From contig JADGIF010000652.1 in assembly GCA_018985225.1 (NCBI GenBank), positions 1 to 5,500 of the forward strand: a stretch of 5,500 nucleotides of DNA. The letters run 5' to 3'. The notes beneath the pieces were generated by a model. The model was not told where the DNA came from. It saw nothing but the letters and a program-made list of their open reading frames with translations, and did no database searches. The position numbers and the translations under genes were made by a program. Origin of the DNA: Amoeboradix gromovi X-113. Lineage: Eukaryota > Fungi > Sanchytriomycota. Positions 1 to 5,500 of the stretch are shown here, piece after piece; the first letter of the stretch is position 1; every line of letters starts with the position of its first letter.

Positions 1-153
1 AGCCAGTGCACCCACTGTGATGTAGTTGTGGACAGAGATGTGAATGCATGTTGTAATAATCTTCAAGTGGTAGATAGTTTGCTAGCGAATGGTGGGAGAC
101 CTACATGGCAGACAAGGGATTATACAAACAAAGAGAGTTCGCCTATTGCCTAG
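1..153 (+). CDS. 3' end (partial) of a Fanzor/TnpB-like RNA-guided nuclease gene
   Basis: Frame +1 reads SQCTHCDVVVDRDVNACCNNLQVVDSLLANGGRPTWQTRDYTNKESSPIA* with TAG at 151-153. A CxxC followed by DRDVNAxxN matches the C-terminal zinc ribbon and RuvC-III motif of TnpB/Fanzor (putative catalytic Asp at 37-39). The downstream GxRP..R tail resembles eukaryotic Fanzor C-termini. Only 50 aa are visible. Confidence 0.75.
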   Translation, partial: SQCTHCDVVVDRDVNACCNNLQVVDSLLANGGRPTWQTRDYTNKESSPIA

Positions 154-252
154 GTGAAGAAATATGGGACACTGCTGTGAAAATTTCAACTGGGTAAATC
201 TCGTCACCCGCTTTTTACCCCTAGTCTACTTTTTACAGAGTGTGTCCCACAT
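138..252 (+). ncRNA. Candidate omegaRNA scaffold / structured element end downstream of the left Fanzor-like gene
   Basis: Hairpin TTCGCCTA(138-145)/TAGGTGAA(151-158) spans the stop codon. A long nested stem-loop follows: TGGGACAC(165-172)/GTGTCCCA(242-249), CTGTGAAAA(175-183)/TTTTTACAG(230-238), GGGTAAA(192-198)/TTTACCC(214-220). The position matches where TnpB/Fanzor omegaRNAs are encoded. RNA identity is inference. Confidence 0.5.
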
Positions 253-886
253 GGAATTAAGATCACGAAAGGGAAAGTCAAAGGACGAAAAGACAGCAGC
301 TAAAGTAATCAGGCAGCCTGTAGCGCCGAAGCAGAAATTGCTGATGAATCCTATAGGAATAATGGACCTATTGCAATTTATAGTGGTGGGATTAGTGCTG
401 GCTTCCATAGTAAGTTGGCTAACAACAAATACCATGTTTTACAACTTGGAAATAAACTTGCCGAACATCGAGGGAATTAAGAACATTTTTTTAGAAGGCT
501 ATGTACCACAGAAAGAATTGAGAAATTTTACTTTGAGTGAATTAGCTGAATACGACGGATCAGATGGAAAAGAGATATATTTGGCAGTTAATGGTAAAGT
601 TTATAATGTGACATCAAAACCTACGGCCTATGGCCCTAACGGAGGTTACAAGGCATTTGCAGCAAAAGATGCTACACGGGCCTACGGAACTGGATGTTTT
701 AAAGGTGACGAGCTAACACATGATACAAGAGGACTCACAAAGGAGCAGTTAGCAAGTGTAGATCATTGGGACTCATTTTATTCGATGCACAAAGAATATG
801 AATTTCTAGGGCACGTTAAGTTACCAAAACCATCTGGACCATTACCAACAGACTGTGCAGATGATAACAAGGACAAAAATAAATAG
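251..886 (+). CDS. Membrane-associated progesterone receptor (MAPR)-family cytochrome b5-like heme/steroid-binding protein
   Basis: A basic N-terminus (MELRSRK), one TM segment (LLQFIVVGLVLASIVSWL), then the MAPR cyt-b5 signature FTLSELAEYDGSDG..IYLAVNGKVYNVT...YGPNGGYKAFAAKDATRAYGTGCF...THDTRGL...W..FY. ATG 251 is preferred over 164 because 164-250 lies in the hairpin region and encodes a non-family peptide. Confidence 0.9.
   Translation: MELRSRKGKSKDEKTAAKVIRQPVAPKQKLLMNPIGIMDLLQFIVVGLVLASIVSWLTTNTMFYNLEINLPNIEGIKNIFLEGYVPQKELRNFTLSELAEYDGSDGKEIYLAVNGKVYNVTSKPTAYGPNGGYKAFAAKDATRAYGTGCFKGDELTHDTRGLTKEQLASVDHWDSFYSMHKEYEFLGHVKLPKPSGPLPTDCADDNKDKNK
878..883 (+). promoter_or_regulatory. Putative polyadenylation signal AATAAA immediately before the MAPR stop codon
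   Basis: AATAAA at 878-883 and TAG at 884-886. The other two host genes show similar placement. Confidence 0.4.
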
Positions 887-1003
887 ATATAAAATAAGAT
901 AGTATCTTTACAGTAGTCTATAGAGGTGCCAAACAAAATTCTAATGATTTTATGGTTTAAATTGCAAAAAGACTTAAAGCTATTTACGATGTAATTTGTA
1001 AAA

Positions 1004-1423
1004 ACGCAAGTTTGAGTTAATCCCTAATCACAATCTCAGTCTGAGGTTGGTAAGATCAAATTAACCTAATCCATGCGGAGCTAGCCGAGAGTATTAATTT
1101 AACCAAGACTTATTTCAAGCTGCTTTTTGTAGTATTTAGGCCAGTCAAAATTGTAGTTGTAGAAGATTGCTCAAATACATTGTGGCAAGACACAAATTAC
1201 TCAAAATATGCATAGCACAGTGCAACACAAACAATTATTTAATTCTTGAAATAGTTCGCATAGACATGTAAGTTTAGATTAATCTGACTACTAGGGTAAT
1301 TTGAGTCAAGCACGGCATATAGAATAAATGAAGTTATTTTAAACTGAGCCAAACTAGCTCGTCTTTGTATCATTCAAACGACTCAGACTGAGATTGTAAT
1401 TAAGAATTAATTCAAACTTGCGT
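1004..1423. mobile_element. MITE-like non-autonomous element with 42-bp terminal inverted repeats
   Basis: 1004-1045 ACGCAAGTTTGAGTTAATCCCTAATCACAATCTCAGTCTGAG matches the reverse complement of 1382-1423 at 38/42 positions. There is no long internal ORF. TA dinucleotides sit symmetrically at 999-1000 and 1427-1428 (possible TA target duplication, uncertain). Confidence 0.65.
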
Positions 1424-1625
1424 GTCTAATAGGAGTCAAAAACTGAAGTAGCCAAGGTCTCCATAATTTGCAAAACCTTGGTTGAAACATAAAAATAACA
1501 TGAGTGAGCGATTCATGGATCTCTCTCTGATGGGCAATTAAAGATGATTGATTAATTTGGTATTGCAAGTTCAAATGGTACAAAATATGGTATTGGGTAA
1601 ACTTTCTAAACTTTTTTTGAAACTT

Positions 1626-2369
1626 ATGGTATTTGCAAATGCACCTACTTTGAAAGTAGCTATTATCTTAGGATCTGTTCTATCTTACTGGAATTCAGTT
1701 ACAAGAAAGGGATACCTCATATTCTATACCAGTACATTCGATTGGATTTTAAGCTCGCTAATTCTATACAATACCCGGCATGTCGAGAAAGTGTTGGGGC
1801 CTTCCAAGTTTATTATTTTACAAATCTTATCAACTACAATATCTGGTATTGCAATGTATTTTGCTGGAGGTATACCAAATCTTGCATTATGGGCATTGAC
1901 AACGGTAGGTCCTTTTTACATGCTCATTCCTTACAGTCATATGACGAAATTTGGACCTATTCCATTTACCAATAAGTGGTATGTGTATGCTTTTGCTCTG
2001 CAAATGGTGTTCACTCATCCTCTGTATATATTTGCACCAGCAGCCAGTTTTTTAGTTTTCAACAAGTTTGCTCTAAAATTCAAAAGCAAATGGCTGCTTA
2101 ACTGTGATACCTTTCTTAATAGAATAGGTTTCACTCAATATAAAGATCAAACCTTTTTCAATCGTCCAAATAATCCTTACCAACAACAGCCTCGAGCTCC
2201 GAGAAATGGACCTCCTGCGGCAAGTCCTTCAAATAGACCAGTAATCAATCAAGAGGCATTTAGACAGCTGACTGACATGGGATTCTCTGCGGAACAAACT
2301 AATCAAGCACTAGTTCAGACAAACAACAATGTGGAGAATGCTTTGATGATTTTATTAAATTCTGAATAA
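1626..2369 (+). CDS. Dsc2/UBAC2-like rhomboid-pseudoprotease membrane protein with C-terminal UBA domain
   Basis: The N-terminal F-x-NAP motif (MVFANAPTLK), the rhomboid-like LILYNTRHVEKVLGPSKF, several TM segments, a P/Q/N-rich linker and a UBA domain (LTDMGFSAEQTNQALVQTNNNVENALMILL). The track start at 1548 is a TTG. ATG 1626 gives 247 aa and fits the family start. Confidence 0.8.
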   Translation: MVFANAPTLKVAIILGSVLSYWNSVTRKGYLIFYTSTFDWILSSLILYNTRHVEKVLGPSKFIILQILSTTISGIAMYFAGGIPNLALWALTTVGPFYMLIPYSHMTKFGPIPFTNKWYVYAFALQMVFTHPLYIFAPAASFLVFNKFALKFKSKWLLNCDTFLNRIGFTQYKDQTFFNRPNNPYQQQPRAPRNGPPAASPSNRPVINQEAFRQLTDMGFSAEQTNQALVQTNNNVENALMILLNSE

Positions 2370-2370
2370 A
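2365..2370 (+). promoter_or_regulatory. Putative polyadenylation signal AATAAA overlapping the Dsc2-like stop codon
   Basis: AATAAA at 2365-2370 contains the TAA stop at 2367-2369. Confidence 0.4.
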
Positions 2371-2386
2371 TATTTTTTCCTACAAA

Positions 2387-5279
2387 ATGTCACTTCCAAT
2401 TTTAGCAACATCAAATTTTCCATTAAATGTACAGACTGCTATTCAAGAATATCCAAGTAGTGAAATAGATATATCGACCTGCTATGATTTTGGTATTCTA
2501 GAAGACATAAATGCATATTTTGTCCTGTGTAATGATTATGGATACATAATACATAATAACATTCTAACATTAAATCATAAGGAAATAACTGCTATCCAGC
2601 TAACTAGGATAACACCCAACACTTTAAAAGATGGGTATACACATATGCTATATATTTGTACCAATGATATCATTTATTATTATGCATACAAATACATGTC
2701 TAATCAGTCATTATTAATTCACCAACTGCCTTTACCTTCTCCGGTGCTCCAACTGATTAATTTTAGTCAAGAATGCATTGCATTATCCAAGAACCATGAA
2801 TTATATAAAATCGGCTATCATCCTTCTGAAGGTCTTCTTTATCGTCAGTTCTACATATCAAATATATCTCAATCTATTATAGCAATGTTTATTCCAAATA
2901 TTCTTAATTTTCCTTTTAGCGGAACAAATGGATCAATTTGTAGTTTAAATCATTTCTTCATCTGTCATCGTTTTAACCTATTGGAGCTATGGTCGAAGTC
3001 TTTATTGCATTCTATCAATATCAATTCCATACCTGTTCTTATAAACGATCCTATTATCTCGATTTTGCCCGGTTCTAATCAATTTGCCATAGTCACTAAG
3101 TCCTGCAATATACTGTTCTTTGATCTAGTAGGATCCTCCATGATCGTGAATGACGTTAACTACACTTCCTTCAAATTAATTCATGTCCAGAGCCATCCAA
3201 CCACAATTCCACATTCCCCCTGTCTGTCTGCGTATGGAACTGTTGATTCCATTTATTATACTTGCCAATCTTTGAAATCATACAATTTCCAGCGACTTGA
3301 GCTAGTCAGCCAAACACGGCAATGGATTACCCATTTCCAAACACTCGCAGTTTCTATTACAAATTGCAAGTTGATTATTCAGAATGACCCTGAAATATGT
3401 TATCAGTATGCTCATGAACTGTGCCATGTTAACAGCACAGCCTTATTTGAGTATTCAGCATATTTGCTAAATACTCCCCATGGATATGTTTACGGCAATA
3501 AAGTCATAAGCACGCCGAGCAGCACAAAATCTGACTCTTCTACTCCAGCAATTGCCTTATCAAGTGCGAACTCAATTCCTTCCACACCTTCAATATATTC
3601 TCCACCACTAGTGTTTATGATGACTACCTTACAGGGTATATATTATTATTCTATCCCTAACATATCAAACTATGTTGTCAACCAGTTTACAAATCATGAT
3701 AGAATCGATTTCCCTCTAAATCCTATTATAACATATTCCTACTTGTTGGCAACTAGCTTTAACATGCCCTTGTTTCCGATGGGAAATGAGTTAACTAAAA
3801 CACATGTTTTGAGCAGAATTAACAACAAAAATAGTGTTTTAAATTGCCTTTATTTAATGATTGTAGATGTTGTATACAACAAACCTATATGGAACTCTGA
3901 TAATAGGATATCTGTTCCCCTATCATTATACTCTGTTATTTTGGAATCAATGCTTGTGTTGCAGCGAATTTGTACTTGCCATCTAAATGACTCTATAATA
4001 ACTTTGATAAATAGTACTATTGAAGCTCTGTATCTTATCAAGTATCTGTATACTATTCAACTACAGAAGCCTGTGGTCGTAATGCATCATCAGCTATTTA
4101 ATGGCAACCATGACTTCATTGTTGATCTGCTTCCAATAATAGCGCATTATAATATTCATGATGTCCTTCGACAGTATTGCCCAAGCATAATTAACATCAG
4201 CAAATATCAGCTAATCAAAGTCAATGAATATTTAGAAAACAAACAATTTCAGCGAGCATTGGATGTTATGCTTACAATTAAACAGTTTGACACCATTGAT
4301 ATCAAATACTACATGGATGAATTCATTAACAACAATGCTATCAGTCAGGGTATCATAATGATGATGCACTATAATAAGGATTTTAAAATACTATTTGATT
4401 TGTTAACCCAATTGTTTCAAGGTGAAGTAAAGCATGTGAACGCGATGCAAGGTCATGTTGCTGGAACGAGTAACGGTAGCACAGGACAGATGGCACCGGT
4501 CGTTAACATAAACAACATTTTATCATTGCTGTATTCTAATGAGAATGAAAAGTTCCAGTTCGAATTAAACAACTATTTGTACAAAAATTTTATAAATTAC
4601 TTGTTGATGAACACAAATCCATTGACAATGGAGTGGTTTAAGCAGCATCTGGGCAATATAAAGATAATGGAGCTATATGCAAAGTATCTAAATATGCACC
4701 ACAACTATGAATTAGCGAGTGAATACTACTACAAAGTAGCTACTGCCAACACAAGGTAAATCTGACTAACTTAGTGATATGTACACATTTGATGAACGAT
4801 ACAGGCTCCTGGAAATGGCTGTACAGCTAAATACGACATTTGAATTACAAGATATGATGGAGATTGCACAAATTCAAAAAATGACGATATCAAGGATGGA
4901 GCATGCTGGATCTGAGTTGTCGATATCTAAGAAACTACTGGACTGTAGTAGTTTATTCAATGAGTATGCTATGAAATATGAGCTGTACGATATACAAATA
5001 CTCTTATATGGAATAACAAAGTTCAATAATCTGGATATAATTAAACAAAGTTGGAGTGGACTAATAAACAACAACGCCATGATCGTTGTTGTGGATGTGA
5101 TTAAGCAAGTGTTTCCAAGTTTCAATTGTCCTATACAATGGATTGTTGAAGAATTGATTAAAAAATACAATCAAGATTCAATATTGATGGTGCTTAAAGA
5201 TGTTATCGATAAGAAAGAGATGATACAGATTTGGCAGCAACTAAAAAGAGACGAAAAGGTCTTTAATAAATATTATTAA
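2387..5279 (+). CDS. NUP170: Nup155/Nup157/Nup170-family inner-ring nucleoporin, join(2387..4755,4775..5279), 957 aa
   Basis: Family-like C-terminal motifs lie on both sides of the junction: VLRQYCPSII..KVNEYL, ENEKFQFELNNYLY, ELYAKY..HNYELASEYYYKVA | YTFDERYRLLEMA, LQDMMEIAQIQ, KLLDCSSLFNEYA, IIKQSWSGLI, CPIQWIVEEL. Removing 4756-4774 fuses the two track ORFs exactly in frame (..ANT-S-D-MYTF..). Confidence 0.8.
4756..4774 (+). other. 19-nt spliceosomal intron in the nucleoporin gene
   Basis: AAG|GTAAATCTGACTAACTTAG|TG has a GT donor, a fungal-type branch site GACTAAC and a TAG acceptor. It contains the TAA that ends ORF 2387..4759, and its excision restores the frame. Confidence 0.85.
5265..5270 (+). 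promoter_or_regulatory. Putative polyadenylation signal AATAAA within the last codons of the nucleoporin gene
   Basis: AATAAA at 5265-5270, with the stop TAA at 5277-5279. Confidence 0.4.
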
Positions 5280-5282
5280 TTA

Positions 5283-5369
5283 GATTTTAAATCCTTCAAT
5301 AACGCCTACGTTAAATGTGAAGAATTCGAAAATCATGAAGATTTCAAACCCCACACTTCTCAAGTGTAG
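5283..5369 (-). ncRNA. Candidate omegaRNA scaffold / structured element end downstream of the right Fanzor-like gene
   Basis: On the minus strand, hairpin CTACACTT-GAG-AAGTGTGG (5369-5351) lies just before the stop. A long imperfect stem GGTTTGAAATCTTCA(5350-5336)/TGAAGGATTTAAAATC(5298-5283) encloses TAACG-TAGG-CGTTA (5313-5300). The region is AT-rich, so support is weaker than for the left structure. Confidence 0.35.
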
Positions 5370-5500
5370 ACAACTTGGGGAGATACCATTTGAGCATGTT
5401 CTTGCCTACATTATTTTGAAGTACCTGGATTGATATCTCTATGGTCTTGGTGACCGCATTGCTGACAATTGACGCAACGATTGAATCCTTTCATAACGCT
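5344..5500 (-). CDS. 3' end (partial) of a second TnpB/Fanzor-like gene, complement(join(5344..5405,5425..>5500))
   Basis: The spliced translation is SVMKGFNRCVNCQQCGHQDHRDINPGKNMLKWYLPKLSTLEKCGV*. CxxCG followed by HRDINxxKNM matches the TnpB/Fanzor zinc ribbon and RuvC-III motif (putative catalytic Asp at 5437-5435). Unspliced, the frame stops at HRDINPGTSK*. Confidence 0.65.
5406..5424 (-). other. 19-nt spliceosomal intron inside the RuvC-III motif of the right Fanzor-like gene
   Basis: CAG|GTACTTCAAAATAATGTAG|GC has the same length, the same AG|GTA donor, TAAY at intron positions 12-15 and the same TAG acceptor as the nucleoporin intron. It contains the in-frame stop, and its excision restores RDxNxxKNM. 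Confidence 0.7.

Noticed and set aside
192-220. GGGTAAA/TTTACCC as Reb1-like promoter sites (GGGTAAA also occurs upstream of the Dsc2-like ATG)
   Set aside because: They lack the full TTACCCG consensus and are explained here as arms of the nested stem. There is too little evidence for a regulatory call.
164-250. 29-aa N-terminal extension of the MAPR ORF from ATG 164
   Set aside because: It runs through the inverted-repeat structure and has no family resemblance. MELRSRK at 251 looks like the natural start, although this is not proven without transcript data.
305-323. 19-nt GTAATCAGGCAGCCTGTAG as a possible third micro-intron
   Set aside because: It has no TAAY at positions 12-15. Excision would break an intact ORF, and the alternative upstream frame hits TAA at 301-303. 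This shows GTA..TAG 19-mers can occur by chance, so the accepted introns rest on frame and motif restoration.
226-435. 69-aa minus-strand ORF
   Set aside because: Antisense shadow of the MAPR gene with no recognisable motif.
1268-1294. GTAAGT...CTGACTACTAG, a 27-nt intron-like string inside the MITE
   Set aside because: No flanking coding frame was identified for it to repair.
1450-1483. Hairpin CCAAGGT/ACCTTGG
   Set aside because: A short stem with a 16-nt loop, compatible with chance. Rho-independent terminators do not apply to this eukaryotic context.
1548-1625. TTG-initiated extension of the Dsc2-like ORF
   Set aside because: A non-ATG start in a eukaryote, and family similarity begins at MVFANAP (1626). 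In-frame ATGs slightly upstream cannot be fully excluded.
1742-1975. 77-aa alternative-frame ORF
   Set aside because: Nested within the Dsc2-like CDS with no motif support.
3850-4041. 63-aa minus-strand ORF
   Set aside because: Antisense shadow of the nucleoporin gene.
4757-4778. Stop-codon reassignment or readthrough, or two separate genes, as the explanation for the split nucleoporin
   Set aside because: The two ORFs are in different frames, so readthrough cannot join them. TAA and TAG end the other host genes at sensible positions, and a canonical intron fits exactly.
4874-5170. 98-aa minus-strand ORF
   Set aside because: Antisense shadow of nucleoporin exon 2.

Overview
AT-rich, very compact eukaryotic DNA in the standard genetic code. 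It is probably an early-diverging fungus or a relative, inferred from the protein families. Three co-oriented housekeeping genes form the core: a MAPR/cytochrome-b5-like heme/steroid-binding protein, a Dsc2/UBAC2-like rhomboid-pseudoprotease-UBA protein, and a shortened Nup155/Nup170 nucleoporin. The two Nup ORFs are joined in frame by a 19-nt GT-AG intron. The ORF track misses two features at the window edges. Each edge carries the 3' end of a TnpB/Fanzor-like gene (CxxC half zinc ribbon plus RuvC-III RDxNxxxN), and the two point inward at each other. Each is followed by a hairpin-rich non-coding stretch (candidate omegaRNA scaffold or element end) that stops next to a host CDS. In the right-hand gene the RuvC-III motif is only restored by removing a second 19-nt intron with the same layout (GTA-N8-TAAY-N-TAG). 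A ~420-bp MITE-like element with 42-bp inverted repeats lies between genes 1 and 2. All family calls are by-eye motif recognition, and no database search was run.
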